Assembly (NCBI GenBank): GCA_963753435.1
Contig: CAVWCF010000005.1
Span: 128,001-192,000, forward strand
Source: an uncultured Actinomycetota bacterium
Lineage (GTDB): Bacteria > Actinomycetota > Actinomycetes > CAVWCF01
Length of the DNA: 64,000 nucleotides
Direction: 5' to 3'
Shown here: one piece after another, positions 28,364-38,639 of the stretch
Numbering within the stretch: the stretch's first letter is position 1
Layout of the letters: every line of letters starts with the position of its first letter
Program-made: the position numbers and the translations under genes
Notes under the pieces: model-generated
What the model was told of the DNA's origin: nothing
The model's database searches: none
Seen by the model: the letters and a program-made list of their open reading frames with translations, nothing else

Positions 28364-29917
28364 ATGAACGACGAACGAGCTGAGCCGCAGGTTCCGATCG
28401 GGTCCGCTGCGGGCCTGGGGGTTGACGTACCGGCCGACGAAACGGCTGCGGTGGCTGAGCCGACCGCAGACGTGGCCGCTGGCGATGCCCCTAGCGAGGA
28501 CGTGCCCGCACCGGCGGCGGCGCCCGCCGAGGAACCGCGCCCGAGCTATCCGCAGCCGCCCGTAAGCGGCTACGGCTACACGGGTGCGTATGCGACTTCA
28601 GACGTAGACGGTGGCCTGGCCGCTGACGTCTACGGCCGCCCCGCTGTCAACGACGGCTACGCGTCGGGCGGCGGATACGGCCCCGCCGCGGGTTCAGGCG
28701 GCGACACCGCCGTTTACGGATCCGCGAGCGACACCTCCGTTTACGGAGCCCCCGGTTTCGCGCCACCCACCCCGCCCGGCACCTACGGCAACTACGGCGG
28801 TGCATTCGGCCCGCCGCCGGCGACCCCGGCCACCACGGCGACGCCATGGGGACGCGTGATCGGCGTCTCCTTGATTGTCGCGCTCCTCGCGGGCTTGCTC
28901 GGTGGTGTCGGCGGATACCTGTTCGCGCGGGCCGCCGACGACGCGACAGTCACTAACTCCGGTATTGACCTCGGTTCGCCCACCTCGGGAGTGACCACGC
29001 GACCGCCGGAGTCCGTCGCCGGCATCGCCGCGGCTGTTTCCCCCAGCGTGGTTTCCATCGAGGTGTCCAGCTCCAGCGGTGGTAGCACCGGTTCCGGATT
29101 CGTCATCGACTCCAGCGGATACCTGCTGACAAACAACCACGTGGTCGCCTCTGCGGCCAGCGGCGGCAGCATCGAAGTGTCCTTCGCCGACGGCACGCAG
29201 GAGTCCGCCGAGATTGTTGGCCGCTCGGCCTCCTACGACCTGGCGGTGCTCAAGGTGGACCGGGACGGGCTTCCCGAGGCGACTCTGGGCGACTCCGATG
29301 CCGTTGTGGTCGGTGACCCGGTGGTGGCCATCGGATCCCCGCTCGGCCTGGAAGGCACCGTCACGTCCGGAATCATCAGCGCGAAGGACCGACCCGTTAC
29401 CGCGGGTGGCGGAGACGGTACGGATCGATCATTCATCTCGGCGCTGCAGACGGACGCTGCCATCAACCCCGGTAACTCCGGCGGGCCACTGGTCGACTCC
29501 GCTGCAGCCGTCGTGGGTATCAACTCCGCCATCGCCACGCTCGGCGGGTCCGGCAGCACCGCAAGTGGGTCGATCGGTCTGGGATTCTCGATCCCGATTA
29601 ACCAGGCACGCCGAGTGGCGGAGGACTTGATCCGCACCGGCACCGCTTCCTTCCCGGTCATCGGGGCCACAGTGGACGGGGCCTACCAAGGCAACGGTGC
29701 CCGGGTTAGCGAAGTCACCGCCGGTGGACCCGCGGCCAGCGCCGGTCTGCGCGCCGGCGACGTGATCGTCGCGGCCGACGGACAGGCGATCAACGGCTCG
29801 GACGATCTGATCGTCTACATCCGATCGCAGAACCCGGGTGATGTGGTGACTTTCGACGTTCAGCGCGGCGGGCAGACGCAAGAGATCCCGGTGACTTTGG
29901 GTTCCGCAGAAGGCTGA
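28364..29917 (+). CDS. htrA: HtrA/DegP-like membrane serine protease with PDZ domain
   Basis: Low-complexity N-terminus, TM, triad TNNHVV / DLAV / GNSGG, C-terminal PDZ (GPAASAGLRAGDVI). Confidence 0.93.
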   Translation: MNDERAEPQVPIGSAAGLGVDVPADETAAVAEPTADVAAGDAPSEDVPAPAAAPAEEPRPSYPQPPVSGYGYTGAYATSDVDGGLAADVYGRPAVNDGYASGGGYGPAAGSGGDTAVYGSASDTSVYGAPGFAPPTPPGTYGNYGGAFGPPPATPATTATPWGRVIGVSLIVALLAGLLGGVGGYLFARAADDATVTNSGIDLGSPTSGVTTRPPESVAGIAAAVSPSVVSIEVSSSSGGSTGSGFVIDSSGYLLTNNHVVASAASGGSIEVSFADGTQESAEIVGRSASYDLAVLKVDRDGLPEATLGDSDAVVVGDPVVAIGSPLGLEGTVTSGIISAKDRPVTAGGGDGTDRSFISALQTDAAINPGNSGGPLVDSAAAVVGINSAIATLGGSGSTASGSIGLGFSIPINQARRVAEDLIRTGTASFPVIGATVDGAYQGNGARVSEVTAGGPAASAGLRAGDVIVAADGQAINGSDDLIVYIRSQNPGDVVTFDVQRGGQTQEIPVTLGSAEG

Positions 29918-29983
29918 GCCACGACTACGGTGGTTTTCATCGTGTTGCCACCGCCGCCAAGTCGTAGGGAATGAGGGAGCCGC

Positions 29984-30280
29984 ATGTTCGACGTCGGGCT
30001 CGGCGAGTTGCTCGCCCTCGGCGTGGTGGCTCTTCTCGTCTTCGGCCCCGACCGGCTGCCGGCGATCGCCGCTGATGCCGGCAAGTGGCTGCGTGAGTTG
30101 CGCGGAATGTCCACCCGAGCCCGCAAGGAGTTGTCCGATGCGGTCGGCCCGGATGTGGCCGACCTCGCCCTCAACCCGCGCGACTCGGTTACGCGAATCC
30201 TGAACCCGATCACCGAAGAGGCCACCGACGCCAAGCGCACGGTCAAGGACGCGGCCCGCTTCGACGAGGACGCGACCTGA
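29984..30280 (+). CDS. tatB: Twin-arginine translocase subunit TatB
   Basis: MFDVGLGE...FGPDRLP, C-terminal FDEDAT; between htrA and mrp. Confidence 0.9.
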   Translation: MFDVGLGELLALGVVALLVFGPDRLPAIAADAGKWLRELRGMSTRARKELSDAVGPDVADLALNPRDSVTRILNPITEEATDAKRTVKDAARFDEDAT

Positions 30281-30335
30281 TCAGGGATCTGGACTGCCCG
30301 GTCGAAGTTCTGACCCGCGGGACCGACCCGAGTCG

Positions 30336-31466
30336 TCAGCGGCCGGCGGGAGACAACCCGAGCGAGCGCCCGGCCAGGCCGCGTTCCCGGCGACCAAGAC
30401 GCACGGCGACCGCCTGTAGGGCCTGAGCGGCAGGAGCCTCGGGGTCGGCCAGCACCAGCGGGACGCCGTCATCGCCGCCTTCGCGGACACGTGGATCCAG
30501 CGGCACCTGGGTCAGCAGGGGCACCGGTGCGCCCATGGTGGTGCTCAGTGCCTCGGCCACCCGTTGCCCGCCGCCGGAACCGAACAACTCCACCGGCTCA
30601 CCGCAGTGCGGGCAGGCGAATGCCGACATGTTCTCGATGACGCCGGCAATGCGCTGATGGGTCTGCAACGCGATGCTGCCGGCACGCTCGGCCACCTCGG
30701 CCGCCGCCGCTTGCGGAGTCGTGACCACCAGGATCTCTGCGCTCGGTATCAATTGCGCCACCGAAATCGCTATGTCTCCGGTGCCTGGCGGCAGGTCGAG
30801 CAGCAGGACGTCCAAATCCCCCCACCACACGTCGGCCAGGAACTGCTGCAGCGCACGGTGCAGCATCGGTCCGCGCCAAACGACCGGCTGGTTGCCGGGC
30901 GTGAACATGCCGATCGAGATCACCCGGACGCCGTGTGCGGTCGGCGGCATGATCATGTCCTCGACCTGCGTCGGGCGACCCTGCACCCCCAGCATCCGCG
31001 GCACCGAATGGCCGTAGATGTCCGCATCCACGACCCCGACGTTCAGTCCATCGGCTGCCATGGCCGCCGCCAGGTTGACGGTCACCGATGACTTGCCGAC
31101 GCCGCCCTTGCCGCTGGCGACTGCGAACACCCGAGTGAGGGACTGCGGCTGGGCGAACGGGATCTCCCGCTCCGGTGCCCCGCCGCGCAACTGCTTGGCC
31201 ATGTCTTGACGTTGCTGGTCGGTCATCACGCCCAGGTCGACGCCTACCTCTTCGACACCATCCACTGCCTGCACGGCGTCGGTTACGTCGGTGACGATCT
31301 TGTCCCGCAGGGGGCACGCCGCCACCGTCAGCAGCACCCGGACGTCGACGCGCGATTCGGTGATCGTCACGTCCTCGACCATGCCCAGTTCGGTGATGGG
31401 CCGGCGGATCTCCGGGTCGAGTACCTGGCTCAGCGCTGCGTCAATCTGCTCACGGGTGGGGGCCAT
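30336..31466 (-). CDS. mrp: Mrp/NBP35 Fe-S carrier ATPase
   Basis: DPEIRRPITELGMV, SGKGGVGKS, WRGPM, DLPPGTGD, ENMS-CPHC. Confidence 0.95.
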   Translation of the reverse strand: MAPTREQIDAALSQVLDPEIRRPITELGMVEDVTITESRVDVRVLLTVAACPLRDKIVTDVTDAVQAVDGVEEVGVDLGVMTDQQRQDMAKQLRGGAPEREIPFAQPQSLTRVFAVASGKGGVGKSSVTVNLAAAMAADGLNVGVVDADIYGHSVPRMLGVQGRPTQVEDMIMPPTAHGVRVISIGMFTPGNQPVVWRGPMLHRALQQFLADVWWGDLDVLLLDLPPGTGDIAISVAQLIPSAEILVVTTPQAAAAEVAERAGSIALQTHQRIAGVIENMSAFACPHCGEPVELFGSGGGQRVAEALSTTMGAPVPLLTQVPLDPRVREGGDDGVPLVLADPEAPAAQALQAVAVRLGRRERGLAGRSLGLSPAGR

Positions 31467-31508
31467 GAACGGCAGGCTACGTCAGCGCTGCAGCCGCGGC
31501 GCTGCGGA

Positions 31509-32093
31509 TCAAAGCTGCGGGTCCGGCTCCTGGCTCTGGAGGTCCTGCAGTGCCTCCTCGGCGGCCCGGCGCCGCTTGCGCTCCTTCTTCGCCCGACGCT
31601 CCGCTGCTGTTCGGCCGGCGTCGAGCTCGTCGAGCAGGTCACCGATCTCGCCCCGGATGAAGTCGCGCGTCGCTACCTCGCCGATACCGGCGCGCAACGC
31701 GGCGAGCTCTCGAGCCAAGTACTCGGAGTCGGCGACGAGGCGCTCGCCCCGGTCCCGATCAGCTTGGTACTGAACGCGGTCGCGGTCCGTCTGCCGGTTC
31801 TGGGCCAACAGGATGAGGGGTGCCGCATACGACGCCTGAATGCTCAGCACCAGGGTCAGGAAGATGAATGGGTAGTCGTCGAAGCGCAGATCAGTCGGCC
31901 CGAAGGCGTTCCACGTCAGCCAAATGAGGATGAACGCGGTCATGTAGCCGATGAACCGCCACGAGCCGAGGAACCGCGCGATCGCCTCGCTCAGGCGACC
32001 CGCTGCCTCCTGGTCCACACTCGGCACCGAGATGCCGCGCCGGCTGTCGGAGGGGACGTCAAGACGCGGGCCGCGGTCACGATCGCGTGCCAT
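31509..32093 (-). CDS. DUF1003 membrane protein
   Basis: FDDYPFIFLTLVLSIQASYAAPLILLAQNRQ. Confidence 0.9.
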   Translation of the reverse strand: MARDRDRGPRLDVPSDSRRGISVPSVDQEAAGRLSEAIARFLGSWRFIGYMTAFILIWLTWNAFGPTDLRFDDYPFIFLTLVLSIQASYAAPLILLAQNRQTDRDRVQYQADRDRGERLVADSEYLARELAALRAGIGEVATRDFIRGEIGDLLDELDAGRTAAERRAKKERKRRRAAEEALQDLQSQEPDPQL

Positions 32094-32120
32094 GTCTGCT
32101 CCTCTCCTGTCCTCGATCGA

Positions 32121-33368
32121 CTACGCGGTTGCGCCGTCGACGGGTCGTTCGCGCCAGTCCTCCGGCAGCATGTGGTCGATCACGTCATCCACGGTTACCG
32201 CACCGAGCAGGTGGTTGTGCTCGTCGACCACCGGTGCGGCGGCCAGGTTGTAGGTGGCGAAGTAGCGCGTGACCTCCGACAGCGTCGCCTCCGGGCCGAT
32301 GGGCTCCAACCGCTCATCCAGGACGCCGCTGACCAGTGTCGCGGGCGGTTCGCGCAGAAGGCGCTGGAAGTGCGCGGCCCCCAGGTAGCGGCCGGTCGGC
32401 GTCTCTGTCGGCGGCCGGCAGATGTACACCTGCGAGGCCAGCGACGGCGTGATGTCGATGTTGCGGATGTGGGCCAAGGCATCGGCGACGGTGCCGTCCG
32501 GGCCCAACACGATTGGCTCGCTGGTCATCATGCCGCCGGCCGTTGCGTCGTCGTAGACGAGGAGTCGCTGTACATCGGCTGCTTCTTCCGGCTGCATCAG
32601 CGACAGGAAGTGCGCTGCAGATTCCGGCTGCAGGTCGCCGAGCAGGTCCGCGGCGTCATCGGGATCCATCGCCTCCAGCACGTCCGCGGCCCGGTCCTCG
32701 TTGAGGGCTTGCAGGATGGAGACCCGGTCGTCGTCGGGGAGTTCCTGCAGAACGTCGGCCAGGCGCTCGTCATCCAGCCCTTGGGCCAGCACCGCACGCC
32801 GATTCGGGCTCAACTGATGAAGTGCCGTTGCCACGTCCGCCGGCTTGAGCGTTGCATAGGAGGCAAGCAGGCTCTCGGTGTCAGCGGCTGCCTCGTTGAG
32901 GGTCATGCCGTCGATCGTGCCGATTTCCAGATCCACTGCCTCCCCGCGCCTGAGGCCCCGGCCGCCGCGGCGGACGTGCACCATGGACAAGTCCCAGTCC
33001 TTGGTCCGCGTTCGATCCATGGCGACGTCAACCGCCGTCCCAACCGGCATGCCGTCGCTGCGCACCGGGCGGTTGAGGATCTGCTCGGCGACGAGTCGCT
33101 CCGTCGGGCGTATCTGGAACCGGCGCAGGTTCACAGTGCCGGTGGAGACCACGTGGCGGGCGTCAAAGTCGGTCACGCGGCTCATCGGCAAGAAGATTCG
33201 GCGCTTGCCGGGCACCTCGACGACGAAACCCAGCACGCGCGGCGGCAGCCGACGAGCACGCATGGAGATGACGACGTCGCGGACGCGCCCAAGGGGATCG
33301 CCGTTGGGTTCGAAAACCTCCACGCCGATCAGGCGGCGCAGGAAAACACGATTCGGGCCGCCGGTCAT
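32121..33368 (-). CDS. MgtE N-terminal/CBS domain protein with PRC-like N-terminus
   Basis: AADVLEAMDPDDAADLL repeats, TAGGMMT, LGAVTVDDVID; no TM domain. Confidence 0.9.
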   Translation of the reverse strand: MTGGPNRVFLRRLIGVEVFEPNGDPLGRVRDVVISMRARRLPPRVLGFVVEVPGKRRIFLPMSRVTDFDARHVVSTGTVNLRRFQIRPTERLVAEQILNRPVRSDGMPVGTAVDVAMDRTRTKDWDLSMVHVRRGGRGLRRGEAVDLEIGTIDGMTLNEAAADTESLLASYATLKPADVATALHQLSPNRRAVLAQGLDDERLADVLQELPDDDRVSILQALNEDRAADVLEAMDPDDAADLLGDLQPESAAHFLSLMQPEEAADVQRLLVYDDATAGGMMTSEPIVLGPDGTVADALAHIRNIDITPSLASQVYICRPPTETPTGRYLGAAHFQRLLREPPATLVSGVLDERLEPIGPEATLSEVTRYFATYNLAAAPVVDEHNHLLGAVTVDDVIDHMLPEDWRERPVDGATA

Positions 33369-33444
33369 GGGCAGGAGCGTAGCGAGACGTTGCTCGGTAC
33401 CCGGCGCACGAAAGGGGTCCGGAGCGAGATGTCCCGGATGCGGC

Positions 33445-33963
33445 TCAGGTCAGCGGTGGGGTCCGCCGTGGCCGTCGATGCACTGTGAATGGGGGTACCG
33501 GTGCCGTAGCGGCGTTCGTCGGCGCCGGGACGGCGGCGTGCGCGACCGGCTCGAAGGACCCCGGCAGCTCCAGCGCCTCTAGCGGTTCCAGCCGAAAGAC
33601 CTCGCTGGACTGCCGCCACTGGTCTGTCGAGTCCGGCGTACCCGCGTTGAGTCGGGCCGCCGCCAGCGCCGCGGCCGCATCCTCGTAGCGGGCGTCCGCC
33701 GGCGGGAGGAGTTGCACGGCTGCACGTACTCGCACGATTCGGGATGAGTTGTCCTTGCTGCGGACGGTTACTTCGACGGCTTCCAGGTCGGCCAGCCCCG
33801 GCAGCGGCTGCTCGATACCGCCGCCGACAACGTGCAATGCCCCGTCGTGCCACACGTGCCAGACCGCCCGCGGGGTGCTGAGCAACGGCAACGTCAGCCA
33901 ACACATCCCGGACTTGCCCGCGGCCTCAGCCAGCAGGGCCTGCTCGACAGTCGACAAACTCAC
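33445..33963 (-). CDS. Conserved actinobacterial hypothetical protein
   Basis: AGKSGMCWL...AVWHVW...GEQPLPGL-like, VTVRSKDN; position after mgtE-N; start uncertain. Confidence 0.7.
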   Translation of the reverse strand: MSLSTVEQALLAEAAGKSGMCWLTLPLLSTPRAVWHVWHDGALHVVGGGIEQPLPGLADLEAVEVTVRSKDNSSRIVRVRAAVQLLPPADARYEDAAAALAAARLNAGTPDSTDQWRQSSEVFRLEPLEALELPGSFEPVAHAAVPAPTNAATAPVPPFTVHRRPRRTPPLT

Positions 33964-34000
33964 CGGACCACTCTGGCATGGCAGTGCGAGGCTGTCCCGG

Positions 34001-34939
34001 ATGTCCGGCCAGCCAACGACTCCGACCTCCGGGCTGAGCGCCGTCCCCAGACCCCCTGGCCGTGACCTGATCCTGATCGCGGTGGGGGTCGTGGCCGTTT
34101 CCACGTCCGCGCCCCTGATCGCCGCTACTGCCGCCTCGGGACTGGCGATCGCGTTCTGGCGCAGCGCCCTCGGCGCACTGTTCACGGCTCCGGTCGTGCT
34201 CGTCCGCCGGTGGGCGGAACTGCGGTCAATGAACCGGCGGCTGGTGCTGGTGTCTGCTGCTGCCGGCGCGCTGCTGGCCGCACACTTCGCTACCTGGGTT
34301 CCGTCGCTGACCTACACGTCCGTGGCCTCCTCAACCGCGTTGGTTGCCACACAACCGTTGTGGGCGGCGCTGATAGCCCAAGCCCGTGGCCAGCATGTGC
34401 CGCGGCGGGCTTGGCTCGGCATGGCTGTGGCTTTCGCTGGTGTGCTGGCCATCACCGGTGTCGACTTCGCGGTCTCCGCCGAGGCGCTGTTCGGCGACAT
34501 CTTGGCCCTGGTCGGGGCCGTGTTCGCTGCCGCGTACGTAACCGTCGGTGCTGAAGCGCGGCAGCACCTGAGTACCGGCAGCTACACGCTCATCTGCTAC
34601 ACCGTCTGCGGACTCGTGCTGCTGCCGGTCGGTCTGGTCGCGGGCGTCCCACTGACCGGGTTCGCCGCGGTCACCTGGTGGCAGATTCTTGCGCTGACGC
34701 TGGTCGCGCAACTACTGGGGCACACCGTGCTGAACAGCGTCCTGCGAACCACATCGCCGACGGTGCTGAGCCTGGCGATCCTCTTCGAGATGCCCGGCGC
34801 CACGATCATCGCCGCCGTCGCCATCGGGCAGCTTCCCCCGGCCGGCGTCATCCCGGCAGCCGCGCTGTTGCTGGTCGGGATCGCCCTGGTGGTGTTCGGG
34901 CAGGGACGTGATGTGCCCCCCTCGATTCCGGCCGAGTGA
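34001..34939 (+). CDS. DMT/EamA family transporter
   Basis: About 10 hydrophobic segments; AHFATW, TSVASSTALVATQP, QLLGHT. Confidence 0.9.
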   Translation: MSGQPTTPTSGLSAVPRPPGRDLILIAVGVVAVSTSAPLIAATAASGLAIAFWRSALGALFTAPVVLVRRWAELRSMNRRLVLVSAAAGALLAAHFATWVPSLTYTSVASSTALVATQPLWAALIAQARGQHVPRRAWLGMAVAFAGVLAITGVDFAVSAEALFGDILALVGAVFAAAYVTVGAEARQHLSTGSYTLICYTVCGLVLLPVGLVAGVPLTGFAAVTWWQILALTLVAQLLGHTVLNSVLRTTSPTVLSLAILFEMPGATIIAAVAIGQLPPAGVIPAAALLLVGIALVVFGQGRDVPPSIPAE

Positions 34940-34993
34940 CGTCGGGCGGTTAGCCTTCCGGAGCACTGATCGGTCGATCTCCCGGAGTACCTC

Positions 34994-35962
34994 GTGAGCC
35001 TTGCCCGTGCCGAACGCCCGCGTCGTTCCTGCCTGGCCGTGCCAGGTAGCAACCCGAAGATGCTCGAGAAGGCCAAGGGCCTCGCCGCCGACCAGATCTT
35101 CTGCGACCTGGAGGACTCCGTCGCGCCGTTGGCCAAGCCGGACGCGCGTAAGAACGTTGTCGCAGCGCTCAACGAGGGCGGCTACGGGGACAAGACCCGC
35201 GTGGTACGCGTGAACGATCTGACCACGGAATGGACCTATCGCGACGTGGTTGAGGTCGTCGAAGGTGCCGGGGCCAACCTCGACTGCATCATGCTGCCCA
35301 AGGTGCAAACGGCCGACCAAGTCGCCTGGCTGGATCTGACGCTGACTCAGGTCGAGAAGACCATGGGATACGAGGTAGGTCGAATCGGCATCGAGGCGCA
35401 GATCGAGAACGCGCTAGGCCTGGTCAACGTTGATGCGATCGCCCAGGCGAGTCCACGCGTGGAGACCATCATCTTCGGCCCGGCCGACTTCATGGCCAGC
35501 ATCAACATGAAGTCGCTGGTGGTCGGCGAACAGCCACCCGACTACGACGTGGGTGACGCCTACCACTACATCCTGATGCGGATCCTGATGGCCGCCCGCG
35601 CCTACGACAAGCAGGCGATTGACGGGCCCTACCTGCAGATCCGGGACGTGGACGGCTTCCGCCGGGTGGCTGGGCGTTCGGCCGCACTGGGCTTCGACGG
35701 CAAGTGGGTGTTGCACCCGGACCAGATCGCCGCCGCCAACGAGGTCTTCAGCCCGCGCCAGGAGGACTACGACCACGCCGAGTTGATCCTCGACGCCTAC
35801 GAGCACTACACGTCCGAGGCCGGCGGCAAGCGCGGTGCAGTGATGCTCGGCGACGAGATGATCGACGAAGCCAGCCGCAAGATGGCGTTGGTGATGGCGG
35901 CCAAGGGCCGTGCCGCGGGCATGCAGCGCACCAAGACGTTCCAGCCGCCGGCGGACTCCTGA
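34994..35962 (+). CDS. CitE/HpcH-family CoA-ester lyase, malyl-/beta-methylmalyl-CoA lyase-like
   Basis: RRSCLAVPGS, DLEDSVAP, VVRVN, LPKV, QIEN, FGPADF, DGPY, GKWVLHP, MIDEAS. Confidence 0.9.
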   Translation: MSLARAERPRRSCLAVPGSNPKMLEKAKGLAADQIFCDLEDSVAPLAKPDARKNVVAALNEGGYGDKTRVVRVNDLTTEWTYRDVVEVVEGAGANLDCIMLPKVQTADQVAWLDLTLTQVEKTMGYEVGRIGIEAQIENALGLVNVDAIAQASPRVETIIFGPADFMASINMKSLVVGEQPPDYDVGDAYHYILMRILMAARAYDKQAIDGPYLQIRDVDGFRRVAGRSAALGFDGKWVLHPDQIAAANEVFSPRQEDYDHAELILDAYEHYTSEAGGKRGAVMLGDEMIDEASRKMALVMAAKGRAAGMQRTKTFQPPADS

Positions 35963-36009
35963 ATCGTTGGCGTCGCCGGGAGCGCGCCTCCCGGCTGTCC
36001 GCGCGTGGC

Positions 36010-36711
36010 ATGGGACTGCTGTCCCGGGTCGAAGTGCTGGATGCGGAGCGGTTGCCCACCGTCGGCCCGGCGATCATTGCGGTACAGCACACCGCGTTGA
36101 TGGATGTCCCGTTGGTGCTGTCAGTCTTGGCCGCGCAAGGCATCGTTGCCGCACCCCCGTGTCGGACGCCCTGTCAGCACCGCGGCCATGTTCGAGTGTT
36201 GGCGATCGCGGAGTTGTGGAGCTACCCGGTGATGCGCGGGATGGTTCGGGGTGCCGGGGTCATTCCGGTGCACCGGCAGGACTTGCGCGGGCTGGAAGCC
36301 TTCAGGGATGCGGCCAGCGCACTACGCCGCGGCGAGGTGGTGTTGCTTTATCCGGAAGGCAACGTCCGCGCCGATGCCAGTGGCGCGCCCCGCCGGGTCC
36401 GTTCGGGCGCGGTACGACTGGCACGTGAACACGGCGCACCAGTGGTGCCTGTAGCGCATTGCGATGTCCGGGTCTTGGGCGACTCATCGATTCGAAGCAG
36501 TCTGCTTCGTTCCGCGCAGGCTCTGTTCACCCGGCCACGAATCGTGGTTGCCGTCGGTCCGCCGGTTTCGCCGAGCGATCTTGGGGGGCTGAGCACGGCG
36601 GCGGCCGGGGACTTGTTGCGGCAACGTCTGACTGATGCGTGGCAGCGGGCGACCGCAGCCCACTGCACCCGCGCGCCGAGCCGAACTGTTGCTCCTGGTT
36701 CAGCTACCTAG
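36010..36711 (+). CDS. Lysophospholipid acyltransferase (PlsC-like)
   Basis: HxxxxD (HTALMD), IPVHR, YPEG, GAVRLA, PVVPV; start uncertain. Confidence 0.8.
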   Translation: MGLLSRVEVLDAERLPTVGPAIIAVQHTALMDVPLVLSVLAAQGIVAAPPCRTPCQHRGHVRVLAIAELWSYPVMRGMVRGAGVIPVHRQDLRGLEAFRDAASALRRGEVVLLYPEGNVRADASGAPRRVRSGAVRLAREHGAPVVPVAHCDVRVLGDSSIRSSLLRSAQALFTRPRIVVAVGPPVSPSDLGGLSTAAAGDLLRQRLTDAWQRATAAHCTRAPSRTVAPGSAT

Positions 36712-37284
36712 GAGACCGGCCGCTTGGGCCGCGGTCAGTCCGCTTCGGGCCCGGCTACGTTCGGGCGCGCGGCCATGAGCCAGCCAATAGGCCATCACCG
36801 GTCCGGCGATCAGGTTCACGGTGTCCTCAAGTGCGGCAGCGCTCAACGGTGGATCCACTTGCCGCACGGCAGCCCGAAGTGGCTGCAACAGGCCAGCGAT
36901 GTAGCGATTGCGCCGCGCCGCCACCCGTTCGTCGCCGACCGGTCCCGCCATCAAGGACCCGAGGAACGAGGCCACCGGACGGTTTCGCAGCCGCCAGAGC
37001 AGGTGCTCCAGCGCCGCCTCGATGTCGGCGGTCACCTCCCCCGTCGGTGTCGGCGCCTCGGTCTGTTCGGCCACGTCCAGGAGCGCGTCCACCAACGCGT
37101 CGGCATCGGGCCAGTGTCGGTACACGGTGGACCTGGCCACGCCGGTCACCTCATGCAGGCGCTGCGGGGTCAAGGCGGACGCACCTTCATTCAGCAGCAG
37201 ATCGAGGGCCCCGCGCAGAACCGTCTCGCGGGTAGCGGTCGAAGGGCCGGCGGGTCGCCCGGGCCCGGGCTTGGTGCGAGGCAT
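36700..37284 (-). CDS. TetR family transcriptional regulator
   Basis: VLRGALDLL...TGVARSTVYRHWP HTH. Confidence 0.88.
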   Translation of the reverse strand: MPRTKPGPGRPAGPSTATRETVLRGALDLLLNEGASALTPQRLHEVTGVARSTVYRHWPDADALVDALLDVAEQTEAPTPTGEVTADIEAALEHLLWRLRNRPVASFLGSLMAGPVGDERVAARRNRYIAGLLQPLRAAVRQVDPPLSAAALEDTVNLIAGPVMAYWLAHGRAPERSRARSGLTAAQAAGLLGS

Positions 37285-37333
37285 CGGCTGACCGTAGCCG
37301 GGCCAACCTGCGAACACGTCCAGCCGCCGGGAA

Positions 37334-37345
37334 TACTGCGCAGTA
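37334..37345. promoter_or_regulatory. Perfect 12-bp palindrome, putative operator
   Basis: TACTGCGCAGTA between divergent TetR and acyl-CoA dehydrogenase, just upstream of AGGAGG RBS. Confidence 0.6.
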
Positions 37346-37361
37346 ACAAGTAGGAGGAGTA

Positions 37362-38570
37362 ATGGGCCGATTGGCGCGGACAGCGGGTTTGAGCGATCTG
37401 CAGGAGGAGATTCTGCAGGCGGTTCGCACCTTCACCGACAACGAGATCATCCCGGCGGCCCAGGAGCTCGAGCACACCGACACCTATCCGGAAGACATCG
37501 TCGAAGGCCTCAAGGCGATGGGCATCTTCGGACTGATGGTGCCGGAGGAGTACGGCGGGCTTGGGGAGTCGCTGCTTACGTATGCGCTCTGCGTGGAGGA
37601 GATCGCCCGCGGCTGGATGAGCGTGTCGGGGATCATCAACACCCACTTCATCGTGGCCTACATGCTCAAGCAGCACGGCACCGATGAGCAGAAGGAGGCA
37701 CTGCTGCCGCGCATGGCCACCGGCGAGGTTCGGGGGGCCTTCTCCATGTCGGAGCCGCACTGCGGCTCCGATGTGTCGGCGATCAAGTCCAAGGCCGTTC
37801 GGGACGGCGACGAGTTCGTTCTCGACGGCCAGAAGATGTGGCTGACCAACGGCGGCACGTCGACGTTGGTTGCGGTGCTGGTCCGCACCGATGACGAGAC
37901 CCCCGACGCCAAGAGCGTGTACAAGCGGATGAGCACCTTCCTGGTCGAGAAACCGGCTGGGTTCGGTGAGGTCCTTCCCGGTCTGACCATCCCCGGCAAG
38001 ATCGACAAGATGGGCTACAAGGGCGTCGACACCACCGAGATGGTGATGGACGGCTTCCGCGTCGGCTCCGACCGATTGCTAGGTGGCGAGCCGGGCCGGG
38101 GCTTCTACCAAATGATGGACGGTGTCGAGGTCGGCCGCGTAAACGTCGCTGCCCGCGCCTGCGGCGTCGCCATGCGGGCGTTCGAGCTGGGAATCGAGTA
38201 CTCCCAGCAACGGGAGACCTTCGGCAAGCAGATCGCCGAGCACCAGGCGGTCGCGTTCCGCCTGGCGGACATGGCGACCAAGGTCGAAGCCGCGCACCAG
38301 ATGATGGTGATGGCGGCCCGCCTTAAGGACACCGGCGCTCGCAACGACCTCGAAGCCGGCATGGCGAAGTACCTGGCCAGTGAGTACTGCAAAGAGGTCG
38401 TGGAGGACTCCTTCCGTATTCACGGCGGGTACGGGTACGCCAAGGAGTACGAGATCGAACGGCTCTACCGTGAAGCACCGATGCTGATGATCGGTGAGGG
38501 CACGGCCGACATCCAGCGAATGATCATCGCGCGCCGCCTCCTCGAGGACTACGCATCGGTGAACCGCTGA
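37362..38570 (+). CDS. Acyl-CoA dehydrogenase, (2S)-methylsuccinyl-CoA dehydrogenase-like
   Basis: SEPHCGSDV, GQKMWLTN, KMGYKG, RETFGK, IHGGYGY, IGEGTADIQ. Confidence 0.92.
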   Translation: MGRLARTAGLSDLQEEILQAVRTFTDNEIIPAAQELEHTDTYPEDIVEGLKAMGIFGLMVPEEYGGLGESLLTYALCVEEIARGWMSVSGIINTHFIVAYMLKQHGTDEQKEALLPRMATGEVRGAFSMSEPHCGSDVSAIKSKAVRDGDEFVLDGQKMWLTNGGTSTLVAVLVRTDDETPDAKSVYKRMSTFLVEKPAGFGEVLPGLTIPGKIDKMGYKGVDTTEMVMDGFRVGSDRLLGGEPGRGFYQMMDGVEVGRVNVAARACGVAMRAFELGIEYSQQRETFGKQIAEHQAVAFRLADMATKVEAAHQMMVMAARLKDTGARNDLEAGMAKYLASEYCKEVVEDSFRIHGGYGYAKEYEIERLYREAPMLMIGEGTADIQRMIIARRLLEDYASVNR

Positions 38571-38639
38571 TCGCATAGAACTGGAGTTTCGGTGCGCAGT
38601 TGGCTTGACGCTGACGCCAACGGGTAGCACGGTCGGGCC

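Noticed and set aside
28701-28747. 27-bp-period duplication in the htrA N-terminus (DTAVYG/DTSVYG)
   Set aside because: Two copies in a low-complexity linker; common in HtrA N-termini
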